A DNA stretch of 32,000 bases from Candidatus Annandia pinicola. Lineage in GTDB: Bacteria > Pseudomonadota > Gammaproteobacteria > Enterobacterales > Enterobacteriaceae_A. The notes beneath the pieces were generated by a model, which made no database searches, had not been told where the DNA came from, and was given only the letters and a program-made list of their open reading frames with translations. The stretch lies in contig NZ_CP045876.1 in assembly GCF_020541245.1 (NCBI RefSeq), positions 286,354 to 318,353 on the forward strand. The letters run 5' to 3'. Shown here piece by piece: positions 1 to 14,431 of this stretch (within the stretch, counting starts at the first letter, position 1; each line of letters opens with the position of its first letter). The translations under genes were made by a program, and so were the position numbers.

Positions 1-14
1 AGTAATTATTTATA

Positions 15-96
15 TGGTGGGAGAAGGATTCGAACCTTCGAAGTCAATGACGGCAGATTTACAGTCTGCTCCCTTTAACCACTCGGGAATCCCACC
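15..96 (-). tRNA. tRNA-Tyr (anticodon GUA), long variable arm, CCA encoded
   Basis: Reverse complement reads GGTGGGATTCCCGAGTGGTTAAAGGGAGCAGACTGTAAATCTGCCGTCATTGACTTCGAAGGTTCGAATCCTTCTCCCACCA. It has a 7-bp acceptor stem, a CTGTAAA anticodon loop and a TTCGAAT T-loop. Confidence 0.9.
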
Positions 97-106
97 TAAA
101 AATGTA

Positions 107-121
107 TTTTTTTTTTTTTTT
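107..121. repeat. T15 homopolymer between tRNA-Tyr and tRNA-Thr
   Basis: Direct count of 15 consecutive T on the plus strand. Confidence 0.95.
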
Positions 122-136
122 AAAATTTTATTAGAT

Positions 137-209
<73 letters not shown>

Positions 210-210
210 C

Positions 211-230
211 AAAAAAAAAAAAAAAAAAAA
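211..230. repeat. A20 homopolymer (T20 on the minus strand, immediately 5' of tRNA-Thr)
   Basis: Direct count of 20 consecutive A. Confidence 0.95.
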
Positions 231-293
231 TTATCTTTAAAAAATAGTAAATGGTTTATAATTTAAAAAAAATATAATATATAAAAAATTATT

Positions 294-302
294 GGGGGGG
301 GG
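294..302. repeat. G9 homopolymer (C9 on the rRNA-operon strand) in the 5S to tRNA-Thr spacer
   Basis: Direct count of 9 consecutive G, embedded in otherwise nearly pure A/T spacer. Confidence 0.95.
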
Positions 303-325
303 TTATTTTTAAATTCTAAATTTAT

Positions 326-444
326 AATCTGGCAGTATCCTACTCTCGCACAGGGAAACCCCGCACTACCATTGGCGCTACAGCGTTTCACTTCTGAGTT
401 CGGTATGGGATCAGGTGGTTCCACTAAGCTATTACCGCCAGAAA
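326..444 (-). rRNA. rrf: 5S ribosomal RNA
   Basis: Reverse complement aligns along its length with E. coli 5S: ...CTGGCGGTAATAGCTTAGTGGAACCACCTGATCCCATACCGAACTCAGAAGTGAAACGCTGTAGCGCCAATGGTAGTGCGGGGTTTCCCTGTGCGAGAGTAGGATACTGCCAG... Ends are approximate (+/-3 nt). Confidence 0.9.
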
Positions 445-487
445 AAAAATATAGATAGTTTCATTTTTCAAATAAAATTATAATTAT

Positions 488-3484
<2,997 letters not shown>

Positions 3485-3507
3485 AATTTTATTAAAATAT
3501 TATTACA

Positions 3508-3580
3508 TGGAGTTAAGCGGAGTTGAACCGCTGACCTCCTGCTTGCAAAGCAGGCGCTCTACCAACTAAGCTATAACCCC
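3508..3580 (-). tRNA. tRNA-Ala (anticodon UGC), spacer tRNA
   Basis: Reverse complement reads GGGGTTATAGCTTAGTTGGTAGAGCGCCTGCTTTGCAAGCAGGAGGTCAGCGGTTCAACTCCGCTTAACTCCA. The G3:U70 identity pair is present and the anticodon loop is TTTGCAA. Confidence 0.92.
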
Positions 3581-3596
3581 CTTACTGAAAAAAAAA

Positions 3597-3671
3597 TAGG
3601 CTTGAGTGGATTCGAACCACCGACCTCACCCTTATCAGGGGTGTGCTCTAAACCTTCTGAGCTACAAGCCT
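3597..3671 (-). tRNA. tRNA-Ile (anticodon GAU), spacer tRNA
   Basis: Reverse complement reads AGGCTTGTAGCTCAGAAGGTTTAGAGCACACCCCTGATAAGGGTGAGGTCGGTGGTTCGAATCCACTCAAGCCTA. The anticodon loop is CTGATAA. Confidence 0.92.
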
Positions 3672-3748
3672 ATTTATTACAATAAAAATTATAAAATACT
3701 CAATTTTTTTAATAATTTAAGGAGGTAATCCAACCACAGGTTCCCCTA

Positions 3749-3779
<31 letters not shown>

Positions 3780-3844
3780 TGAGTCACAAAGTGGTAAGTT
3801 ATTTCCTTGTTAAGAAGGTTAATTTTCTTACTTCTTTTGCAAAC

Positions 3845-3880
<36 letters not shown>

Positions 3881-4056
3881 TGGAAACATATTCACCGTGG
3901 CATGCTGATCCACGATTACTAGCGATTCCGACTTCGTGGAGTCGAGTTGCAGACTCCAGTCCGAACTAAGACATATTTTATAAGATTGGCTTTATTTTGC
4001 AATATTGCATCTCTTTGTATATGCCATTGTAGCACGTGTGTAGCCCTGGTCATAAG

Positions 4057-4092
<36 letters not shown>

Positions 4093-4154
4093 AGTTTATC
4101 ACTGGCAGTCTCCTTTGAGTTCCTGAATAAATAAAATTCTATGGCAACAAAGAA

Positions 4155-4190
<36 letters not shown>

Positions 4191-4196
4191 TTCACA

Positions 4197-4228
<32 letters not shown>

Positions 4229-4304
4229 CTCACAATTCAAATTGCACTTCTACATTTCTGTAAAATTTTGTGGATGTCAAGACCAGGTAAGGTTTTACGC
4301 GTTG

Positions 4305-4338
<34 letters not shown>

Positions 4339-4463
4339 AGGCCCCCGTCAATTCATTTGAGTTTTAGCCTTGCGACCGTACTCCCCAGGCGGTCGACTTA
4401 ACGCGTTAGCTACAGAGATTAAAAGTCTTGCTTCCAACCTCTTAGTCGACATCGTTTACAGCA

Positions 4464-4494
<31 letters not shown>

Positions 4495-4728
4495 ACCCAT
4501 GCTTTCGCATTTGAGCGTCAGTTATCGTCCAGGAGGCCGCCTTCGCCACTGATATTCCTCTAGATATCTATGCATTTCACCGCTACACCTAGAATTCTAC
4601 CTCCCTCTACGAAACTCTAGCCTATTAGTTTCAAATGCAGTTCCTAAATTAAGTCTAGGGATTTCACATCTGACTTAATAAACCACCTACATGCTCTTTA
4701 CGCCCAGTAATTCCGATTAACGCTAGCA

Positions 4729-4773
<45 letters not shown>

Positions 4774-5091
4774 CTTCTATAGCTAACGTCTGACAATAAA
4801 ATTATTAATTTTATTATCTTCTTATGCTATCGAAAGTACTTTACAACCCTAAGGTCTTCTTCATACACGCGACATAGCTGCATCAGGCTTGCGCCCATTG
4901 TGCAATATTCCCCACTGCTGCCTCCCGTAAGAGTCTGGACCGTATCTCAGTTCCAGTGTGGCTGGTCATCCTCTCAGACCAACTAGAGATCGTGGCCTTG
5001 GTAAGCCTTTACCTTACCAACAAGCTAATCTCGTCTAGGCTCATCTAACAGCGCGAGAGCATATATTATTAAAATTATTCCCGCTTTGGTC

Positions 5092-5424
5092 ATCAATAGT
5101 GATAAATTTATAAAAATTTATATTTTATAAGATAATTTATATTATAAAAAATTATAATATAAATTATATTATTATAAATTTTTTTTTTAAAATGATATTT
5201 ATTTAAATCTTAAACTTAAATATAAATAGTATTATAAAAGTATGTTAAATACTTATTTATAACTATTTAAAAAATATTAATTTTTATAAATCATTAATAT
5301 TTACATTTTAAATAAGATTAAATTTTATATTAATTTTTAGTTACTACAAAATCAATATAAAACTTAAATATTTATAAAAATATAAATCACCATTTATTTT
5401 AAAATATTGACTAAAATAAATATT
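5092..5424 (-). other. Roughly 330-nt A/T-rich insertion (intervening sequence or expansion segment) replacing the helix-9 tetraloop of 16S rRNA
   Basis: E. coli reads GCTAATACCGCATAACGTC-GCAA-GACCAAAG. Here the rRNA strand reads GCTAATACCATATAATGTCAATA[...]TATTGATGACCAAAG, so conserved sequence resumes on both sides. The insert ends are complementary (TCAATA/TATTGA), which extends the helix. By hand count the insert has only about 25 G/C. No ORF is present. Confidence 0.8.
5132..5167. repeat. Perfect 16-bp inverted repeat with a 4-nt loop inside the 16S insertion
   Basis: ATAATTTATATTATAA (5132-5147), then AAAA, then TTATAATATAAATTAT (5152-5167), which is the exact reverse complement. All pairs are A-T. 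Confidence 0.85.
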
Positions 5425-5726
5425 GACATTATATGGTATTAGCTATCGTTTCCAATAGTTATCCCATTCTGCTAGGTAGATTCCTAGATATTACTCACCC
5501 GTTCGCCGCTTTTTGTCATCTAACTTAAACAAAATTCGCACGACTTGCATGTGTTAAGCCTGTCGCTAGCGTTCAATCTGAGCCATGATCAAACTCTTCA
5601 ATTGTAAAAACCCAGATACAAACTTCTAGTATTTTAAAATTTATAAAACAAAAAATTTAAAAATCAAATATATTAAAAATTGTTTTAGCTATTTTCAATA
5701 TATTATCAAATTAAATAGTATAAAAT

Positions 5727-5754
5727 ATAATACTACATTTTAAATAATAGTCAA
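5727..5754 (-). promoter_or_regulatory. Candidate sigma70-type rRNA operon promoter (TTGACT-N16-TATTAT)
   Basis: The minus strand reads AAAAGTTTGACTattatttaaaatgtagTATTAT, about 125 nt upstream of the mature 16S 5' end, with A/T-rich sequence upstream. -10-like hexamers are common in this composition, so the call rests mainly on the rarer TTGAC. Confidence 0.3.
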
Positions 5755-5944
5755 ACTTTTCTTTTATATTCTTAAATCTTGAGGTGTTTTGTTAGAAATA
5801 GAGCAATTTTAATTATTAATTAAAAAAATAAAAATAATTGAAAAAAATAATTATAAAAAAAATATAAAATTAATTTAAAAAAATATATTATTATAAAATA
5901 TAATTTAAAAAAAAATATTATTTAATTTTTATAAAGGAATTATT

Positions 5945-7810
5945 TTGAATAATTTAAATAAATTTGATGTAATAATTATAGGAGCTGGACATGCTGGTAC
6001 AGAAGCAGCTATAGCTTCTAATAATATGAAAAGAAAAACTTTATTAATAACACAAAATATTCACACAATTGGTCAAATGTCATGCAATCCATCTATTGGA
6101 GGAATAGGAAAAAGTCATTTAGTAAAAGAAATAGATTCTCTTGGAGGTTTAATGGCAAAAGCAATAGATTATTCAGGAATTCAATTTAAAATTTTAAATT
6201 ATAGTAAAGGACCTGCAGTAAGATCGACAAGAGCTCAGGCAGATAGAAACTTATATAAAAAAATTATATTTAATACATTAAAAAAAAAAAAATATATTAC
6301 TATTTTAGAATCAGAAGTAACTAAATTAATAATAAAAAAATATAATATTATATCTGGAATAGAAACTAAAAATTATTTAAAATTTTATTCAAATAGTATT
6401 ATATTAACTGTTGGAACATTTTTAAGTGGTAAAATTCACATAGGTTTTAATAAATATAATGGTGGTAGAGAAAATGAATTACCTTCTAATTTATTATCTA
6501 AAAATTTAAATTATTTACCTTTTAGAGTTAGTAGATTAAAAACTGGAACACCTCCAAGAATTGATAAAAATACAATAAATTTTAAAATATTAAAAAAACA
6601 ATATAGTGATATTCCTATACCTAAATTTTCATTTATGGGAAAATTATATAAAAATTTACCTCAAATGCCTTGTTATATAACTAACACTAATAAAAATACT
6701 CATGAAATTATACAAAATTCTTTAATTAATAGTCCTTTATATAATGGTTTAATTAAGGGATTAGGTCCTAGATATTGTCCTTCTATTGAAGATAAAATAA
6801 TTCGTTTTCCCAATCGTGATAAACATCAAATATTTTTAGAACCAGAAGGTTTATTTAGCAATGAAATATATCCTAATGGTATATCTACTAGTTTACCAAT
6901 TAATATTCAAAAAAAATTTATAAATTCAATTAATGGTTTAGAATCAGCTAAAATTACTAGACCTGGTTATGCAATAGAATACAATTTTTTTGATCCTAGA
7001 GATTTATTACTTACTTTAGAAAGTAAACACATAAAAGGTTTATTTTTAGCTGGTCAAATAAATGGTACTACTGGATATGAAGAAGCAGCAGCTCAAGGTT
7101 TATTAGCAGGTATAAATGCATCATTATTAAATATGAACAAAGAACCATGGTATCCTAAAAAATATTATTCTTATATAGGAGTATTAATAGATGATTTATG
7201 TAATTTAGGAACTAAAGAACCTTATAGAATGTTTACATCTAGAGCTGAAAGTAGATTATATTTAAGAGAAGATAATTCTGATTTAAGACTTACAGAAATT
7301 GGATATAAATTAGGATTAATATCAAAAATTCATTGGAAATTATTTAATCAAAAAAAAAATTATATTTATAAAATAAATAATTATATTAATAATAATTTTG
7401 TTTTTTTTAAAAATATTAATATTAAAAATAGAATTTATAAAAAAAAATATTATATAAAAGAATTATTAAAAAGACCAAATTTTAATTATAAAAAAATTAT
7501 TAAATATACTAATTTTTATTTAAAATTTTTTAATTCAGAAATATTAGATCAAATAGAAATACAAATTAAATATAATGGTTATATAAAACTTAAAGATATT
7601 AAAATAATTAATAAAAAAAATAATAATAAATATACTATATTACCTAAAAATGTAAAATATAATAAAATAAAAGGATTATCAGTAGAATTAATTAAAAAAT
7701 TAAAAAAATATAATCCTAAATTAATAGAACAAATTAAAACTATTTCTGGTATTACTCCATCAGCAGTTAAAGCTATTTTGATATATTTAAAAAAAAAATA
7801 TAAAATTTAA
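5945..7810 (+). CDS. mnmG: tRNA uridine-5-carboxymethylaminomethyl modification enzyme MnmG (GidA)
   Basis: 621-aa ORF with a TTG start preceded by AAGGA. Motifs: FAD-binding [49 protein letters not shown], and [19 protein letters not shown]. The C-terminal third is strongly recoded. Confidence 0.95.
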   Translation: MNNLNKFDVIIIGAGHAGTEAAIASNNMKRKTLLITQNIHTIGQMSCNPSIGGIGKSHLVKEIDSLGGLMAKAIDYSGIQFKILNYSKGPAVRSTRAQADRNLYKKIIFNTLKKKKYITILESEVTKLIIKKYNIISGIETKNYLKFYSNSIILTVGTFLSGKIHIGFNKYNGGRENELPSNLLSKNLNYLPFRVSRLKTGTPPRIDKNTINFKILKKQYSDIPIPKFSFMGKLYKNLPQMPCYITNTNKNTHEIIQNSLINSPLYNGLIKGLGPRYCPSIEDKIIRFPNRDKHQIFLEPEGLFSNEIYPNGISTSLPINIQKKFINSINGLESAKITRPGYAIEYNFFDPRDLLLTLESKHIKGLFLAGQINGTTGYEEAAAQGLLAGINASLLNMNKEPWYPKKYYSYIGVLIDDLCNLGTKEPYRMFTSRAESRLYLREDNSDLRLTEIGYKLGLISKIHWKLFNQKKNYIYKINNYINNNFVFFKNINIKNRIYKKKYYIKELLKRPNFNYKKIIKYTNFYLKFFNSEILDQIEIQIKYNGYIKLKDIKIINKKNNNKYTILPKNVKYNKIKGLSVELIKKLKKYNPKLIEQIKTISGITPSAVKAILIYLKKKYKI

Positions 7811-7822
7811 ATCATTATAAAT

Positions 7823-7851
7823 TTGCATTTTTTATAATTATAGTGTATAAT
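7823..7851 (+). promoter_or_regulatory. Candidate sigma70 promoter of the atp operon (TTGCAT-N17-TATAAT)
   Basis: TTGCAT at 7823-7828, a 17-nt spacer ending in TG, and TATAAT at 7846-7851, about 120 nt upstream of the atpB ATG. Confidence 0.35.
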
Positions 7852-7967
7852 TTATTTTAAAAAAGTAATATAATAAACAATAATATTTATTAAAATTGTA
7901 ATTTAATATTGATTTTAAAATAAAATATTAAAATATAAAATAATATATTAATTTATAATTATAATAA

Positions 7968-8777
<810 letters not shown>

Positions 8778-8816
8778 AATTATATTATAATAGTAAACTA
8801 ATTTAAAATATTATAA

Positions 8817-9062
<246 letters not shown>

Positions 9063-9120
9063 TATTTTTTTTTAATTTAATTATAAAAATAATTATAAAT
9101 TAAAGAAAAGGAAATAATAT

Positions 9121-9591
9121 ATGGATATAAATAGCACAATTTTAGGACAAACTATATCTTTTATAATATTTGTACTATTTTGTATGAAATATATATGGCC
9201 TCCTATAATAAATAAAATTAATAATCATCAAAAAAAAATAATTAATGAATTAAAAAAAATAGAATTATCTAAAAAAAATTTTAAAATAATAAAAAATAAA
9301 ATGTTACAAAAAATTAAAAAAACAAAAAAAATATCTGATTTAATAATAAAAAATGCTAATAAAAAAAGTAAAAAAATAATAAAAATATCTAAAAAAAAAT
9401 CTATGGAAGAACATAATAAAATAATTAAAAATGCTTTAATTAAAATAAAATTAGAAATAAAAATTGCAAAAGAAAAATTGAAAAAAGATTTTTCTAACTT
9501 AGTAATTATAGGAATAAAAAAAATAACAGAAAAATACTATTACAAAAATAATCATGAAGATTTGTTAAATGATATAATAAAAAAACTATAA
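9121..9591 (+). CDS. atpF: F0F1 ATP synthase subunit b
   Basis: 156 aa, the same length as E. coli b. The N-terminal TM segment ILGQTISFIIFVLFCMKYIWPPI resembles the E. coli b N-terminus. The rest is a K-rich helix. Operon position also supports the call. Confidence 0.82.
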   Translation: MDINSTILGQTISFIIFVLFCMKYIWPPIINKINNHQKKIINELKKIELSKKNFKIIKNKMLQKIKKTKKISDLIIKNANKKSKKIIKISKKKSMEEHNKIIKNALIKIKLEIKIAKEKLKKDFSNLVIIGIKKITEKYYYKNNHEDLLNDIIKKL

Positions 9592-9602
9592 ATAAAATTA
9601 AT

Positions 9603-10142
9603 ATGAATATAAAAATAATTAAAATAATTAGAATTTATACAAAAGCTATTTTTGAATTTTCTGTAGAAAATAATAAAATTAATTATTGGTATTATATGTT
9701 ACATATAACTTCTAAAGTTATATGTAATATTTATAAAAATATAAAATCGTTAAATTATATAAATTTAAAAAAAATATATAAAATAATAGAAAAAACTTTT
9801 ATTAAAAATAAATTAAATTTTTTTTATATAAATTTTATAAAAATTTTAATAAAAAATGAAAGATTAACATTGATTCCAAAAATATTTAAAGAATTTAAGA
9901 AATTAAGATATAAATATTATAAAATTAATAAAATAAAATTAATAACTATAAATAAAGATTATAAAAATAAAATAAAATTAATTAAAAATAAAATTAAAAT
10001 TAAATATTATAATAAGGTAATATTTAAATATAATTTAAAAAATAATATGATAGCTGGAATTATTATTGTTATTAACAATAAAATTTTAGATTATAGTATT
10101 TTAAATAAAATAAATTGTATAGAAAAATGTTTAAAATTTTAA
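9603..10142 (+). CDS. atpH: F0F1 ATP synthase subunit delta (highly diverged)
   Basis: 179 aa lying between atpF and atpA, with the size expected for delta. Only weak residual similarity remains (C-terminal MIAGIIIVINNKILDYS). The call rests mostly on synteny. Confidence 0.7.
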   Translation: MNIKIIKIIRIYTKAIFEFSVENNKINYWYYMLHITSKVICNIYKNIKSLNYINLKKIYKIIEKTFIKNKLNFFYINFIKILIKNERLTLIPKIFKEFKKLRYKYYKINKIKLITINKDYKNKIKLIKNKIKIKYYNKVIFKYNLKNNMIAGIIIVINNKILDYSILNKINCIEKCLKF

Positions 10143-10151
10143 GGAAATAAA

Positions 10152-11684
10152 ATGCAATTTAATTCTAATGAAATTAGTGAATTAATTAAAAAAAAAATAT
10201 CTGAATTAAAAATTAATGAAGAAAAAAAAAACGAAGGAACTATTATAGCTGTTAATGATGGTATTATTTGGATTAATGGAATAAAAGATGTAATGCAAGG
10301 AGAAATGATAGAATTATCTAATAATTTATATGCTATTGCATTAAATTTGGAACAAGATTTTGTAGGTGCTATTGTAATGGGTAAATATATTAATTTAAAA
10401 GAAGGTATGAAAGTAAAATGTACTGGTAAAATTTTAGAAATACCAGTTGGAGAACAATTATTAGGTAGAGTAGTTAATACTTTAGGTAAAGAGATTGATG
10501 GAAAAGGAATTATAAATAGTAAAAATTTTTCATCAATTGAAAAAATAGCTCCAGGTGTTATTGATAGAGAACCAATTAATACACCATTACAAACTGGTTA
10601 TAAAATAATCGATTCTATGATACCTATTGGTAGAGGACAAAGGGAACTTATAATAGGAGATAGACAAACTGGAAAAACTACTTTAGCTATTGATACAATA
10701 ATAAATCAATATAATAAAAAAGTTAAATGTATATATGTTGCTATTGGGCAAAAAGCTTCTACTGTACATAATTTAGTTTCTAAATTAGAAAAATATGGTG
10801 CTTTATCTTATACAGTAGTAGTAGTTGCTAGTGCATCAGAATCTGCTTCTATGCAATATTTAGCTCCATATGCAGGTTGTACTATAGGAGAATTTTTTAG
10901 AGATAATGGTGAAGATGCTTTAATAGTATATGATGATTTATCTAAACAAGCTATTGCTTATCGTCAAATATCTTTATTATTAAAAAGACCACCTGGTAGA
11001 GAAGCTTTTCCAGGAGATATATTTTATTTACATGCACGTTTATTAGAAAGATCTGCTCGTGTAAATTCTAATTATATAGAACGTATTACAAAAGGTAAAA
11101 TAAAAAATAAAACTGGTTCTTTAACATCATTACCAATAATAGAAACCCAGTCTGGAGATGTTTCCGCTTTTGTACCAACTAATGTTATATCAATTACAGA
11201 TGGACAAATATTTTTAGAAACAAATTTATTTAATTCTGGAATTCGTCCTGCTATTAATCCTGGAATATCAGTCTCTCGTGTAGGTAGCGCAGCTCAAACA
11301 AAATTAATAAAACATTTATCTAGTGGTATTAAAAATTCTTTAGCTCAATATAATGAATTAGCTGCTTTTTCACAATTTACATCTGATTTAGATGACAAAA
11401 CTCGTAAAAAATTAGAAAATGGACAAAAAATAACAGAACTATTAAAACAATTACCTCATAAACCTATGTCTGTTGTAAAACAAGCTATTATATTATTTAT
11501 AATTGATTCTGGATTTATAGATGAAATTAAATTAAACAAAATAAATGAATTTGAATCTAATTTACTAGATTACATAAAATATAATAAAAATAAAATAAAT
11601 AAATTTAAAGAAGATCCTAATAAATTTATATCTGAATTAAAAAATATTATAAAAGAATATAAGAAGACAAATATGGTAAAATAA
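10152..11684 (+). CDS. atpA: F0F1 ATP synthase subunit alpha
   Basis: 510 aa with Walker A GDRQTGKT and [45 protein letters not shown]. Confidence 0.97.
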   Translation: MQFNSNEISELIKKKISELKINEEKKNEGTIIAVNDGIIWINGIKDVMQGEMIELSNNLYAIALNLEQDFVGAIVMGKYINLKEGMKVKCTGKILEIPVGEQLLGRVVNTLGKEIDGKGIINSKNFSSIEKIAPGVIDREPINTPLQTGYKIIDSMIPIGRGQRELIIGDRQTGKTTLAIDTIINQYNKKVKCIYVAIGQKASTVHNLVSKLEKYGALSYTVVVVASASESASMQYLAPYAGCTIGEFFRDNGEDALIVYDDLSKQAIAYRQISLLLKRPPGREAFPGDIFYLHARLLERSARVNSNYIERITKGKIKNKTGSLTSLPIIETQSGDVSAFVPTNVISITDGQIFLETNLFNSGIRPAINPGISVSRVGSAAQTKLIKHLSSGIKNSLAQYNELAAFSQFTSDLDDKTRKKLENGQKITELLKQLPHKPMSVVKQAIILFIIDSGFIDEIKLNKINEFESNLLDYIKYNKNKINKFKEDPNKFISELKNIIKEYKKTNMVK

Positions 11685-12551
11685 ATGTCAAATATAAAAA
11701 ACATTAGAAATAAAATTATTAGTATAGAAAATACTAAAAAAATAACCAAAGTTATGGAAATGATAGCTACTTCTAAAATGTTAAAAACTAAAATTAACAT
11801 GAAAAATAGTAGCTATTATATTAAAGCTATAAAAAAAGTAATAGAACATCTTTTATTAGGTAATTTAGAATATAAACATAATTATTTTAAAAAAAAAAAA
11901 AAAAATAATGTTGGTTTTATAATTATTTCTAGTGATAGAGGTTTATGTGGTAGTTTAAATAATTTATTATTTAGAAAAACATTAAATAAAATAAAATATT
12001 TAAAAAAAAAAAATATTAATTCTTATATTTCAATAATAGGTTTAAAAGGAATATCTTTTTTTAAAAATTTAAATTATAAAATTGTTTCACAATGTGATAA
12101 TTTAAATATTAAACCTAATTTAATAGATTTAATTGGTGTAATTAAATCTATGTTAAATTTATATGATAAAAATAAAATAGAAACATTATATTTATCATAT
12201 AATAAATTTTATAATACAATGAAACAAAAACCTAAAATTATAAAATTACTTCCAATTAATATTTATTCCGATAATAAAAAAAAAAATAAAAATAGATGGG
12301 ATTATATATATGAAGGTGATTCTAAATTTTTATTAGATACATTATTAGTTAGATATATTGAATCACAAATATATAATTGTGTTTTAGAAAATATTGTTAG
12401 TGAACAATCATCTCGTATGATAGCTATGAAATCAGCTACAGAAAATAGTAATAATTTAATTATGGAATTAAAATTATTATATAATAAAATTAGACAAACA
12501 AATATTACAAAAGAATTAAGTGAAATTGTTTCCGGTACATTTATTTATTAG
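11685..12551 (+). CDS. atpG: F0F1 ATP synthase subunit gamma
   Basis: 288 aa. The ATG directly abuts the atpA stop. Motifs: KITKVMEMIATSKM, SDRGLCGSLN, and C-terminal ITKELSEIVSG. Confidence 0.92.
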   Translation: MSNIKNIRNKIISIENTKKITKVMEMIATSKMLKTKINMKNSSYYIKAIKKVIEHLLLGNLEYKHNYFKKKKKNNVGFIIISSDRGLCGSLNNLLFRKTLNKIKYLKKKNINSYISIIGLKGISFFKNLNYKIVSQCDNLNIKPNLIDLIGVIKSMLNLYDKNKIETLYLSYNKFYNTMKQKPKIIKLLPINIYSDNKKKNKNRWDYIYEGDSKFLLDTLLVRYIESQIYNCVLENIVSEQSSRMIAMKSATENSNNLIMELKLLYNKIRQTNITKELSEIVSGTFIY

Positions 12552-13964
<1,413 letters not shown>

Positions 13965-13998
13965 AAATATTTTAATAATTTTATGAGATTATTTAAAA

Positions 13999-14424
13999 AT
14001 GAAATTATATTTATTAAATGTAGTAAGTGCAAAAAAAAAAATTTTTAAAGATCATATTTATAAAATGACGATAAATGGTATTGAAGGTGAGTTAGGAATA
14101 TTTTATGGTCATATGGCTCTTTTAACAACTATTAAACCTGGTAAAATTTCAATATTTAAAAATAAATCAAAAAAAAATGAATACATTTATGTTTCTGGAG
14201 GTATTTTAGAAATACAACCTAAAATTGTAACTGTTCTTGCAGATGAAGCTATTAGAGGAAATGATATAGATGAAAAATTAGTATTAGAATCTAAAAAAAG
14301 AGCTGAAAAAAATATTAGTAAATTTCCAATTGGAGATATAAATTATATTAAAAATATAGTTAAATTATCTAAAGAAATGGCTAAATTAAATATAATAAAA
14401 CTAATAAAAAATAAAAGTTTATAA
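13999..14424 (+). CDS. atpC: F0F1 ATP synthase subunit epsilon
   Basis: 141 aa, last in the atp operon, with LNVVSA...[19 protein letters not shown] typical of epsilon. Confidence 0.88.
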   Translation: MKLYLLNVVSAKKKIFKDHIYKMTINGIEGELGIFYGHMALLTTIKPGKISIFKNKSKKNEYIYVSGGILEIQPKIVTVLADEAIRGNDIDEKLVLESKKRAEKNISKFPIGDINYIKNIVKLSKEMAKLNIIKLIKNKSL

Positions 14425-14431
14425 TATTTTA

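Noticed and set aside
5092-5424. The 16S insertion as a mobile element, intron with homing endonuclease, or CRISPR-like or tandem-repeat array
   Set aside because: It has no ORF, no terminal inverted repeats beyond the short helix-extending pairing, no group I/II intron core motifs that I can see, and no regular repeat-spacer periodicity. Its composition looks like the genome's own spacer DNA.
11570-11800. 76-aa minus-strand ORF overlapping the atpA/atpG junction
   Set aside because: It is antisense to two strongly supported conserved genes and has a low-complexity I/F/L composition typical of the reverse frame of K/N-rich coding sequence.
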